Source of the DNA: Pachysolen tannophilus NRRL Y-2460
Taxonomy: Eukaryota
Direction of reading: 5' to 3'
DNA: 64,000 nucleotides
NCBI GenBank assembly: GCA_001661245.1
Contig: KV454012.1
Location: 1,136,848 to 1,200,847 of the forward strand
Shown here piece after piece: positions 11,152 through 23,000 of the stretch. A program made the position numbers and the translations under genes. Positions within the stretch are counted from its first letter, which is position 1, and the number at the start of each line of letters is the position of its first letter. The notes beneath the pieces were generated by a model. That model did no database searches. It saw only the letters and a list, made by a program, of their open reading frames with translations, and was not told the DNA's origin.

Positions 11152-13060
11152 ATGTGTAAGATGAATCAGGTTAATAATTATAATTTAAAAATGGAATCTT
11201 CAAGGGAATCGATGAGTTTATCTAATCATTCATCTACAACGGCATCTCAAGATGAGGTTATTTCTTGTTCAACTAATAATATAGAGAATGATGTTGATAA
11301 CATGGAGGGGAAAGATGGTAAAGAAGAAAGGATTGGAACAGGAGGGATACCAGAGTCAAATGTAGTAAGTGAAAATACAATTTCAGGAAAGATAAAACAA
11401 ATTAGAAGACGGAGAGTTGGTAGAAAGACATCACGGGCTTGTAATCATTGCCATAAGGCTCATATGACTTGTGATGATTCAAGGCCTTGTAAGAGGTGTA
11501 TTCTGAGACATTTAGAAAGTTCTTGTGTAGATGCACCAAGAAAAAAAAAAATATTTATTAGATGCTCCTCCTCCACCAGCTCCTCCACCATCTCAAAATT
11601 CTGGTGGCTCAATAATACTGAATACACAAAATAAAGTAGATACAACAAGTTCTGAATTTTTGGGGATGAATTCAATTGGAGAAAATAATGATATGATGAT
11701 TTTTAGTAGAAATCAAGAATCGGTATCGCCATTATTTCATAATAATAATAATAATAATAATAATAGTGTGAGTAGTACTGGATCGAATAATTACCGTCAT
11801 CATCCACCTTCTTCGACATCACAAAATACTTATAGATCAACTCCTTTCTTGTCAAATACAGCTAATTTGGAATATTCGATCTTGGGTAATATAGTTAATG
11901 AATATCCTTTAAGTAATTCTAGCAATTCGCCGGCGATAAGTCCGAATAATAACTATGCCGTTTCAGATGATCAGTTGACACCTCTTGGACTTGATTCAAA
12001 CTCAACAATATCAGCAACATCAGGAAATAAAAGATCTTTTTCAAATTTGGCATTATTCCCAAATAATGATAATGACCCAACACATAAACAACAATATCAA
12101 AATCATAAAAATCATCACGAATCATCGTCATCTTTTATTAATCATAGACAAAATAAGAAAAACTCTTCACAAAGAATCCAAACTTCACAGGGACATTCAT
12201 CTACTTCATCTTCATTATATTCGGATTCACCTAAATGGGATGAACCAATAAATCAATATTATATTGGTCCAGTTCATGGTGCAAATGAAGAAATATTGAA
12301 AACTATTACATTTCCTGAAGTCTTACGTGTGATAAAATTTAAAAATAAAAATTTTAAAAAAATTAAAAAAACTTCAACTGTTTCATTTTCAATAGGTTTA
12401 ACATCTGAAAATGAATATAATAGGAAAATCATTGATCCACAAAATGTAGATATTGGGAAAGGTGGTTTAAAATATAAAGAACCTCAAGAGATTTATTCAA
12501 AGATAAAAGAACCATTTAGTTATTACCCAGGTTATCATCAACTTATTCGTTATTTAACTGCAAGATTTAATAAGGCCAAATTAGTATCAATGGCTAGAAC
12601 AATGGCTGAATATAGACCTTCTTTCATTGCAGCAACTTGTAATTTACAAGAAGATGATTTAATATTTATGGAACAATGTTTTCAAAGAACTTTATTAGAA
12701 TATGATAATTATATCCAAATTAGTGGAACTCCAACTATAGCATGGAGACGTACTGGTCAAATTGCTTATGTTGGAAATGAGTTTTGTATTTTGACTGGTT
12801 GGACAAAAGAACAATTATTAAATAAAGTTACATTTATTGTTGAACTCTTGGATGATGAATCTGTATTGGAATATTTTAAACTATATAATAATATCTCGTT
12901 TGGTGATCTTAGAGGTGCAAGTATGGCCGAATGTACTTTGTTAACGCCTGATAATGGCAAAATCAAGACCAGATGTTTATGGACTTTGAAAAGAGATGTT
13001 TTCGGGATTCCAATGATGATAATTGCAAACTTCCTACCTGTTTTAAGTAATGAAGAATGA
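11152..13060 (+). CDS. ERT1: Zn(II)2Cys6 + PAS gluconeogenic transcription factor (Ert1/AcuK), frame broken at an A11 run (11541-11551)
   Basis: The first frame has RACNHCHKAHMTCDDSRPCKRC..CVDAPRKK. The second frame continues KYLLD and ends in YRPSFIA..DLIFMEQCFQRTLLEY..SGTPTIAWRRTGQIA..KRDVFGIPMMIIANFLP. Start codon uncertain (11152, 11161 or 11191). Confidence 0.85.
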
Positions 13061-13211
13061 ATGAATGAAAAGAAAAAAAAAGGTTTTATAGACATTATTA
13101 GAATTAAGCTATTTTCAGAGCTTATAAATTAATACATAATATAGTTTGAACTATTCAAAAAATAGAAATCTGACCAAAATCTCTAATATCCATATACGAA
13201 GAAGAAGAAAA

Positions 13212-13243
<32 letters not shown>

Positions 13244-13283
13244 GAAAAAAAAAGCATTAGCTATATATAAATAACAAAACTAT

Positions 13284-13818
13284 TTATTGTGCCAAGATTG
13301 ACTTAACAAATTCGACATAATCAACATTACCGTCTTCAGTGACATTAACACCTTTTAACAATTCATCAACTTCACTATCGGTTAATTTTTCACCTATTGA
13401 AGTCAAAATGTAACGCAATTCACCTACACCAATAAATCCAGTCAAGTTTTTATCGAAAACTTGGAAACCTCTAATATAATCTTCAGGTTGACCTAATGGT
13501 TTAAAACCATCTGGTCTATCTATAACTTTGACATAAGTTTCAAAATCCAATTCTTTGTTTGGTAACTGCAGTTGTAAGTCTGCCAATTCGGCCAATGTTG
13601 GGTTCTGACCAACAGCTCTTAACAAATCACCTAAACTTTCTGGTGGAACTTTTCCAGTACCTTTCTTATCGAAAAGAGCAAAAGCGTCTTTATATGTTTT
13701 CGTGTTGGTGGACTAAATAAAAATTGTTAGCAAAACATAACAACAACAAAAAAAAAAAGAAAACATTTAATTTTTCTTATTCTATAGTTTCCCTCAAAAA
13801 AGAATGAATACTTACCAT
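13284..13818 (-). CDS. MLC1: Myosin essential light chain (EF-hand), 2 exons: 13818-13816 and 13712-13284
   Basis: ATG|GTAAGT donor at 13815, branch TGCTAAC 13732-13726, TAG acceptor ending 13713. Spliced product MSTNTKTYKDAFALFDKKGTG..LRAVGQNPTLAE..GFQVFDK..GELRYILTSIGEKL, 143 aa. Confidence 0.92.
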
Positions 13819-14044
13819 TATCCTAAATTGATGATCGATAGCTTACAACAATTATATTCTAAATTATTAAAATATATTTATATATAGTGATGATTTGTTT
13901 ATTTATTTTACTTCATTAACTCGATTTAAAGGTAAACAAATACAAATTAGAAGTTTGTGTGGTTAATTTTACACTACCAAAATTTTCTTACCATAAAATT
14001 TTTGGTTCAATTCAAGAATTGAATAGTTGAAAGATGTGTTATCG

Positions 14045-15187
14045 ATGTCAGAGAGGGATATAGATGGTGGTATGGCTATTGGAGAGTTTGAAAGTGAGAG
14101 TGAGAGTGAGAGGGAGAGTGAGAGGGTAGCTCTTACTGAAACAGAGTTGCCTCCATGTTGTTTGCGTGTATCACCTTTGGATTCATCAATAATAGTTGTT
14201 GGAACATATATGTTGGATAAGCAAAATTCTACAAGGTATGGTTCGATTGATATTTATAAAAAAAATGAGTTAAGCCTTGAAAAACTTTCATATGTTAATA
14301 CTGAAGGTGCAGTTTTAGATTTAAAATTTTCTCCCTTTACTAAGAATCTTTTAGTAAGTTGTCATTCTACAGGTAATGTTATGCTTTGGAAACTTTTTAA
14401 TGAAGATGATTTTTCCCTTAAATTGGAATTATTAGCAAATCATAATTTATTTGAATCAAGTAATTTGATAACTTCAATTTCATTTTCACCAATTTTATCA
14501 GATATTATATTATTAACTCTTACAAATGGAGAAGTAGCAATAACTAGATTAATTTCTAATTCTGGTTTAACAAAACCACAAATTTTCCAAGATAAACATA
14601 ATCTTGAATGTTGGACAGGTTCATTTGGATCTCAATATGCTTTATCTAATATTATTTTTTCTGGTGGTGATGATGGATGTCTTCAAGCACATGATTTAAG
14701 AGAACCTGAAAATTTATCAATTTTTAATGCTAAAAGAATTCATGATGCAGGTGTAGTATCAATTTTACCTTCAACTATAACACATGATCATATTGGAGAT
14801 TGGAATTTATCAAGACCTTATGATTTATGGACTGGTTCTTATGATGATTGTTTAAGAACTTTAGATTTAAGAGTAATATCACCAATGCCATTAATTGATG
14901 GATTAATTCCAAAAATTAAAACAAAACAAAATTTAAATGGAGGAGTTTGGAGATTAATTCAATCACCATTATCTAATGATGATAGAATATTAGCATGTTG
15001 TATGTATGATGGAGCAAGAATTATTGATATTAATGATGAAGGAAATCCTAAAATTACAAAAAAATTTAAGAAAAATCATGAATCAATGTGTTATGGTGGA
15101 GATTGGTCACCAGATGGGGATTACGTTGTTACATGTAGTTTTTATGATAAAATTATACAAGTTTGGTCACCAAATTTAAATATATAA
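14045..15187 (+). CDS. DPH7: Diphthine methyl ester hydrolase, WD40 protein
   Basis: TELPPCCL, VVGTYML..RYGSI, HNLECWT, FSGGDD, HDAGVVSI, LWTGSYDD, NLNGGVWRL, CMYDGA, HESMCYGGDW and TCSFYDK motifs (Dph7/Rrt2). Confidence 0.9.
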   Translation: MSERDIDGGMAIGEFESESESERESERVALTETELPPCCLRVSPLDSSIIVVGTYMLDKQNSTRYGSIDIYKKNELSLEKLSYVNTEGAVLDLKFSPFTKNLLVSCHSTGNVMLWKLFNEDDFSLKLELLANHNLFESSNLITSISFSPILSDIILLTLTNGEVAITRLISNSGLTKPQIFQDKHNLECWTGSFGSQYALSNIIFSGGDDGCLQAHDLREPENLSIFNAKRIHDAGVVSILPSTITHDHIGDWNLSRPYDLWTGSYDDCLRTLDLRVISPMPLIDGLIPKIKTKQNLNGGVWRLIQSPLSNDDRILACCMYDGARIIDINDEGNPKITKKFKKNHESMCYGGDWSPDGDYVVTCSFYDKIIQVWSPNLNI

Positions 15188-15209
15188 AAATTTTTTTAAT
15201 TTTTAATTT

Positions 15210-15728
15210 TTAATCTTGTGCTATATTTTCAATCCAATTTTTTAAATTAATCCAATCAACTTCTTTATTTGGATCTTGAGTTAAATTTTTATCGATATAA
15301 CTATCTACAATCAATTGTTTTCTTAATGCAACAACCATTGGAACATGATCCACTCTATATTCCAACATTAACTCTCTTGTACCAGGTTCACTAGCTTCAA
15401 TATCTACTAAATTAATTTTTTTATCAGTTTCTAATGCAACTATTCTTTGTAATGCACCAGTTAGTTTATCACATTCAGGATTTCTTCTATATGTAAAATT
15501 AAGTAATAGTGGTGGTTTTTGCATTAATATTGGATATAATTCATCCAGATATCTAATTGGTAAAAAAATTCTATTACCTTGTTTTGTATCATTTGGAGGT
15601 GTAAGTAATGGACCTAATTGTAAATTAAATGGCCACCAATTGAAATATCTAGCTAAACCAAGACCAGATATCAGTACACCTCCTGTACCATATAATAATT
15701 TTTTAGAAATTGGAGAAATTGGTGTCAT
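15210..15728 (-). CDS. Uncharacterised thioredoxin-fold protein with N-terminal hydrophobic segment
   Basis: 172 aa. PLLLNFTY..PECDKLT..INLVDIE..LMLEYRVDHVPMVVAL follows the Trx pattern, but only one Cys remains at the CxxC position. Confidence 0.65.
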   Translation of the reverse strand: MTPISPISKKLLYGTGGVLISGLGLARYFNWWPFNLQLGPLLTPPNDTKQGNRIFLPIRYLDELYPILMQKPPLLLNFTYRRNPECDKLTGALQRIVALETDKKINLVDIEASEPGTRELMLEYRVDHVPMVVALRKQLIVDSYIDKNLTQDPNKEVDWINLKNWIENIAQD

Positions 15729-15781
15729 GGATATATAGTAAATTAGAAAAAAAAAAAAAAGAATCAAAAAAAAGAAACCCA

Positions 15782-15783
<2 letters not shown>

Positions 15784-15817
<34 letters not shown>
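15784..15817. repeat. (TA)n microsatellite
   Basis: Uninterrupted TA dinucleotide run. Confidence 0.9.
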
Positions 15818-15824
<7 letters not shown>

Positions 15825-17274
15825 GTGTGTTTTCTTATTTCTTGCTTTTTGCTAGAGATAAAGAGATGAGGACATAAAGAAGTATTGCTGCATTAAACTA
15901 CACATTCCACAATTATATAATTAAAGCAATTGATATCAATAATAATACCGAGAACGATGTGCGCAATTGCGTATTATTAAAAGCGGTAAACAAATTAAAA
16001 GAAAGAAATTTTTCTCTTTCAGTAGTAATGGTGGTACGCACTTGTGTAAGCTTTTTACAAATTAGTCTGCGATACACTTGTTCCTTATCACTAGCGTACA
16101 GAGGTGCGTACATACTTTGAAGATTATTAAGTGGTACGCACAAATATTATTAAAGTACCGCTCTTGTGCTTTTTAGCGCACGCAAATTTATTTTTTAATA
16201 TGATTAAAAAAAAAGGGAGAAATGATATTTAAAAGATGAGCAACAACAATAACAACTAACAAAGAAGGAATATTAAAAGATCTCTATTATATCATCAAAA
16301 AAAAGAAAAAAATGATTAAGTTTCTATGAAATCTTTTTTTCTTTTTTATAAATATTGGGAACTGCAAAGATCTGTGATTGATTACATTCTAAAGGATATA
16401 AGGAAGAAAGATCTTTATTAACTTTGTTTGTTTTTTTTTGGTATCAGTTTTTCCGTTATAAAACTAGTTTATTTTTAAGTTTATTATTTGATCCTTATAA
16501 TGTAATTAAAATTGGGCATTACAGTAGAAGGGAATTTAAGAACCTTGGAAATAATTAGGAATTTAGGAGTTTAAGAGTTTTAATGATTTTATTGATTTGA
16601 AAATTCGGAATCGGTTGGCTTGTGAATGATTTCAATTCGACTTTGTTTAAATTCAATTTGTTCTCATGCATGTGGTATTGCATATACATAAACATCTTCA
16701 TTTTTTTAAGGGAGCAAAATCAAAATCTCAATTAAATCTCGAGATGGCTTTTAAATCAAAATGCTCACTCTAATGTCCTTTTAAATCCCTCTTTGTCTTG
16801 TTGATATAGGGATTACCTCAAATAATAATGAACCAGTTATAGCCCAAAAAAAAAAAAAAAACAAAACAAACAAACAAACAAAGAGAAATTTTTATGATAC
16901 GTCTTAAAATCTTTTATAATTGTTTTAATTTAATTTAGTTTAGCTTTTTTGAATGTCCCTTTACTATTAACTAGTGACAAGGGTTCAGATAAACTTTGTA
17001 TTTTTCTTAAATAGCACACAATCAATTTTTTTTTTACAAAGCTGTGTAAGTGTGTGAGAGAGTGAGTTATTGATAGTTATTGATTAAGTGCTTTGTTTTT
17101 GATAAAGAAAGAGATTGTTTGTGCTTGGTTTTCTTTCTTTTGTTTCTTGTTTAAAATATATAACAAGACAAGAAACTATATTGTTTTTTTTTTTTTTTTC
17201 CTTTCTTTTCTTTTCTTTTCTTTCTTTTCCTTGTATTTTTATTATTCAATACAAAGAGATAGATAGAAAGAACT

Positions 17275-18785
17275 ATGGCAAACTTATTGCCAATTCCATC
17301 AGCTGAAGCATTAAATTTTGAACCTCAAGAACAAGAGAAACGGGAGTCTACAGATCAAATCATACAACCATTTGATAAATTATGTAGGATTTCAGTTGCT
17401 TCTGAGGCATCTCTGATATCAAGTTCAGAGATATCTCTTGTTTCAGAATCTATGTTTAGAGTTGAAAATAATCATGTTGTTAATGATGATGATGATGATG
17501 ATAATAATGATGGTAATAATGGTTATTCTAATGGTAAAGAATTGGATACTAATATAAATACGGATGAATTAGAATTACCAGATTTAAATGATGCAAGTTT
17601 TATTTCAATGGATAATTCAATTACAAGGCATTCTGAAGATCGTTTAAATGATTTAAGTTTAAGAGCAATAGATTCTGATTATTATAATTATGCTGAACAA
17701 CTGTGTTCAGATCAAGTAAATGAAAAAAGAAGTAGTGATTATTTTTTTGCATTGGATAATTCAATGTCATTATTACAAACTCCAAAGAAAAGGGATACTA
17801 AATCAAATTCTAAAAAAAAAATGAAAACAAAACTTTCATCATCATCATCATCAACATCAACTTCATCATCATTAAAAAAGGAAAAAAAATTTCAAAAACA
17901 TTAAATGATAATAATATTACAATTGCAACAAATTCAAATACAATAATAAATACTGGAACTGATGTTAATTATATGGCTAATGCAAGATTAAGATCAATAA
18001 ATAAAGCTGCAGATGAATTACATCAACAACATAGACAAAGTTATAGTTATGGTTATAATTATGATAGGAGAATTTCTAATAGTACAACATTAGTAGATTT
18101 ATCTTCTAGTAATAGGTTTAGTTTTCCTGGAAAATTAAGATTACGTGGAAGTATTTCTACCAATAAAAGGGATACAGTCTTATCATTGGATAATAGCCTT
18201 GCTGCAATGTCATCTTCACTGCGAACTCTTAATCCATATCCAACAGGATTTATTCCTAAAACACAAGATCCAGAATTTTTTTATTCATTAACAGCATTAA
18301 ATAGATTTGGAAAACCATTTTCTTTTGAAACTTTAAGAAATAAAGTTGTCTTGGTTGTTAATGTTGCATCAAAATGTAATTTTACTCCACAATATATGGA
18401 GCTTCAAAAATTATATGAAACTTATAAAGATAAAGGATTAATGATATTAGCTTTCCCAACATCACAATTTGGTTTAAATCAAGAATTTGATAAAATGGGT
18501 GAAATTTTTCAATTTTGTAAAACAAATTTTGGAATTACTTTCCCTATAATGCAAAAAATTAAAGTTAATGGATCAGATGCACATCCAGCTTATACTTATA
18601 TGAAATCAAGAAAATCAAGAGCTTTTGGATTAAGAAGAGTTACATGGAATTTTGAAAAATTTGTGATTAATAGAAAAGGAGTTGTAGTTAAACGATATCC
18701 ATCATATAAGAAACCAAAATCTTTAAAAAACTTGATTGAGAAATTGCTAAATGAAAAACCAAAAATCCCTTGCGAAGAAGAGTAG
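17275..18785 (+). CDS. Glutathione peroxidase paralogue with long low-complexity N-terminal extension; two ORFs joinable by a -1 shift at A8 (17882-17889)
   Basis: C-terminal GPx domain (VNVASKCNFTPQY, NQEF, FCKTNFGITFP, WNFEKF). The downstream frame is open from 17814 and overlaps the end of ORF 17275-17904. Confidence 0.7.
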
Positions 18786-19145
18786 AGATTATCTAAAAGA
18801 GAATGGCTTTGTAAAATTGTTTTTTTTTTTTTAATTGTTGCGTCTTTTTAAATTTCTATCGATTTATTTTTTTGATTATTATTTGTGTATAATCGAAATG
18901 GTATATAGTGGATATGAATAAATTATCATATCTTCTAGGTTTAGCTAAAACATCTACAAGTAGTTATACTACTCCATAATTAAGTGAATTTTACCTTTTC
19001 ATTAAGCTAAATAAAATTATAAAGAAATTATAAATAAATTTCTGAAAATACAAATTAAAAAAAAAAAGAAAAAGAATTATTATTATTATTAATATCAATT
19101 ATAGCAAACATAATATATTTTAAACAGTTTTACTTCATTTTGCTC

Positions 19146-19631
19146 TTATTTTGCTAACAATTCCTTGATAGTTGATTCAAAAGATAAAGGAGTAGTAATT
19201 GATGAATATCTTTGAACGACATTTCCTTCTTTATCAATAAGGAATTTTTCAAAATTCCATTTAATACCTCTGAAACCCAAGATACCAGCTTTTTGAGATT
19301 TTAAATATTGATAAACTGAATTAGCTTCAGCACCATTAACTTTAGTTTTCTTCATAATAGGGAAAGTAACACCATAATTTAATTGACAAAAATTTTGAAT
19401 TTCTTCCTGATTTTCAAATTCTTGATTAGCAAATTCCGAAGTTGGGAACCCCAAAATAATAAAACCTTGATCTTTATATTTACCATATAATTGTTCTAAT
19501 TCCTTATATTGTGGTGTAAACCCACATTTTGATGCAACGTTAACAATTAATACAACTTTACCCTTTAATTGTTCAAAAGAAAACGGTTGGTCCTTTTGAT
19601 CTAAAGCAGACAATTCATAAAATTTCGACAT
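19146..19631 (-). CDS. GPX2: Glutathione peroxidase-like thioredoxin peroxidase (Gpx2/Hyr1 type)
   Basis: VNVASKCGFTPQY, FCQLNYGVTFP, IKWNFEKFL; 161 aa. Next to ISW1 as recalled for S. cerevisiae GPX2. Assignment as HYR1 is also possible. Confidence 0.85.
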   Translation of the reverse strand: MSKFYELSALDQKDQPFSFEQLKGKVVLIVNVASKCGFTPQYKELEQLYGKYKDQGFIILGFPTSEFANQEFENQEEIQNFCQLNYGVTFPIMKKTKVNGAEANSVYQYLKSQKAGILGFRGIKWNFEKFLIDKEGNVVQRYSSITTPLSFESTIKELLAK

Positions 19632-20032
19632 CTCTTATACACAATTCTATAGCTATTATTTATAATTTAATAAAAAATTTAACAATAAAATTATCTTATT
19701 AATTTTTTAAACTGATCTTTATCGTTCTATTTATTGAACGTCTGTTGTGAAAAATAAAAAATAAAAAAAAAAAAAATTTTTTTTTCTTTTTTTTTCTAAA
19801 GGGTAGAGGCAAGTTTTGACCTATTTCCGAGGACTTTTCAAGAATGAAGATGAGAATTTATAGCAGAATTGGAAGTTGGATCATAAGAAGGGATATTAGT
19901 TTTCTGGTTTATGTTTAATGGACATGTAAAGTAAGAATTTAATTATTTATTTATAAAGCAAAAAAAAAAAAAAAAAGAAAAAAAAAAAATTAAAGGAATA
20001 AAGGGTCAAAAAGTCAGTTTCTTTTTTCTAGT

Positions 20033-23000
20033 TTATTTCAACTTTCTTTTCTTCGAACCATTACTTGGTTTTTCAGGGGAAATTTCTTTCAAGATGCAAG
20101 CTAATAAAGTTTGGACTCTTCTTGCTAATTCATTAGTTGTTCTACTTTGAAAGAAAAAATCAAAAGTAAATAAAGGGGAATGTGAAATAGATTCTTTTAT
20201 CTTTTCATACAAGTCTGGCGATTCTAAACCATATCTGAAAACTTGTAAAACTAAATATTTATCTTCTTCTTCTGAATAAATACGTCCTTTTGAAGTACTT
20301 GGTGGATATTTGAAAGTCAATTCTTGTAATGGACTCTTGTATTGGCTAATTTTTCTTCTTAAAGATTCTAGCTGAAGTTTAATTTTCCTTATTTTTTCTT
20401 CACCATTTTCAATTTGTGAAACATAACGTTCATGACCATCTATTTCATTGAAATTTTCCCAAAATACTTTAGCATAATCTAAAGTATCTTCATAAGTCTT
20501 ATCTTCAAATTCTGATGCAATATTATGAATAGCAGTTTTACCATATTTAACACACATTTGAATAAAATGATAAAAATCCTTTCTTGACCAATTATAAAAA
20601 CCTTCTTCTAAATATTTCTGTTTTCTTGCTAATTCCTCATCAGTTAATGGTCTTGCATTTTTTATTTCTTCTTCTTCTAATTGCTGATCAAGTAACCTTT
20701 CTTTTAAAGTTTCTTCAGGACCATCAGCTAATGGAACTTGATAATCTGTTAATTTTTTATAATAATTCTTCTCTAAATCGTACAATTCGTACAATTCATG
20801 GTGATAAAATTGATGATCATACAAGTTCAACTGTTTTGGAGGTTTTGGACCTGATGGCTTAGGAGCAGCACGTCCACCACCTGTATTTAATACATCTCTA
20901 TAATAGTTATCAACAGAATAATTCTCTTTTCTTTCCCTCTTGGCAGGGTTTATCCATGTCAAAGCAATGTTACCAATACCACCACCAGTTTCTTTTTTTT
21001 GAAAATTTTTACCATTCCATTCATATACAGAATCAGAAGATGCAAAATTTTGTAAATCGTCCAAGCCTAATTTTGAATATCTAGAGTTTAACTCTGCTGT
21101 CTTGGCTTCAGATTTAGCCAAGATCTTATCGATATCATCTTCTTCAGAATCTACCAGTGATTCTTCATCACCTTCTGATTTCTTTACTGGTTTCTTAAAT
21201 ACATCTGCAGCACCGTGTTGGATCATTGATAATAATTCATCTTTAGAAGAAGCCTTTTGAGTCTTAGACAGCAGATTGGAGATATTGCGTCCTTGCTGTA
21301 TAACTAATTGATCTAACCTTAATTTTTGTGAAGCTCTTTCTAAAATCTTTTCTTCGATGGCATTATCAGTGATGAATCTATAAACGTAGACTTGCTTTGT
21401 CTGACCAATTCTATGAGCTCGATCCATTGCCTGTAAATCAGCCTGTGGATTCCAATCGGAATCATACAATACAACCACATTGGCAGCAGTTAAATTAATA
21501 CCTAATCCACCTGCCCTTGTAGTCAATAAGAAAACAAATTTGTCCGAATTAGGGGCACTATAATCATCAATCGCCTTTATTCTATCAGCATGATCAGTTT
21601 GTCCATCAATACGGCAATAATTATAACTTCTGAATATACAATAATCTTCCAATATATCCAACATTCTACTCATTTGTGAAAAAATCAATACTTTAGAACC
21701 TTCTCTTTGACATCTTTTTAATAATTTATCCAATACTTTCATCTTTTGTGAATTATATATTAAATGTTCATCTGTAGTAAAAGGAGGACCCGGTTCAGCA
21801 CCTTCAAATAAGTATGGATGATTACAACATTTCCTCAATTGCATGACTATATTTAACAATCTTGTTTTTGATTCACGTTTACCATTAGCTCCATTAACTG
21901 CATCAATATCTTTTTCCAATATACTTTGGTACCATCTTCTTTGCATATCAGACATTCCGAGGTAAACATTGACTTCTTTCTTTGGAAGTAAAGATTTCTC
22001 AACATCTGATTTAATACGACGCAACAAGAAAGGTTGTAATACCTTGTGCAATTGTTGAACTAAACTGTTATCCTTTTCATTTTCATTTTCATTTCCATTT
22101 TTATCATCAATTTTTCCATCATCGTTTCCCTTTGAAAACCAATCATCAAAACTTTCAGAATTTGCAAATACATCTGGTAAGATAAAATTTAACAATGCCC
22201 ATAACTCGTGCAAATTATTTTGTAGAGGAGTACCAGTAATTAATAATCTGTTTTTAGAATGAAACATTCTAATGATTTGTGATAATAAGGATTCTTCATT
22301 TTTAATTCTATGTGCTTCATCGATAACGATATAATTCCATGCAAATTTTCTAAAAGCAGCTTTTTCTCTAATGACAATTTCATAAGAAGTTATAACAACA
22401 TCAAAATCACAAGATAATAACCTTTTTTTAATCAATTCATTTCTTTGATCTTTATCACCTTGTAAAACTAAAGTATTTACTTCTGGTGTCCACCTTGCAA
22501 ATTCTCTCGACCAATTATCTAATGTTGATTTAGGAACTACAACTAAATGAGGACCTTGAATATGTTTAATATAACGTAAATATCCTAAAAATGAAATAGT
22601 TTGTAATGTTTTACCTAAACCCATTTCATCAGCTAATATACCAGATAAATTATTTTCATTTAAAGAAATTAACCAATTCAAACCTTGTATTTGATAAGAT
22701 CTCAAAGTCCCATGCACATAAGTTGGACTTTCTGTAAAAACAGTGATTCCTTCTTTATCATCATCTTGTTCATCTTGTAATAATTCTGCATCTTCTTCCT
22801 TTTCTGTCTTTCTTCTTCTATTATTTGCCAGAACTTTCTTTTCATTATTCAATTTTTCATTTTCAATTAAATTTAAAACTTGTTGGAATTTAGGATCATT
22901 ATTAGCCTTAGCATCAATAAAATGTTGAAATAAATCAGTTAACCCAAGAAGATACTTGAATCTTTTAGCAGTCTCTTCAATATTAAAATAAGGTTTTTCA

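Noticed and set aside
16312..16329. ATG ATT AAG TTT CTA TGA (MIKFL*) as the missing RPL27 exon 1
   Set aside because: Stops immediately, lacks the GKV codons and a donor site, and lies 47 kb away; likely chance.
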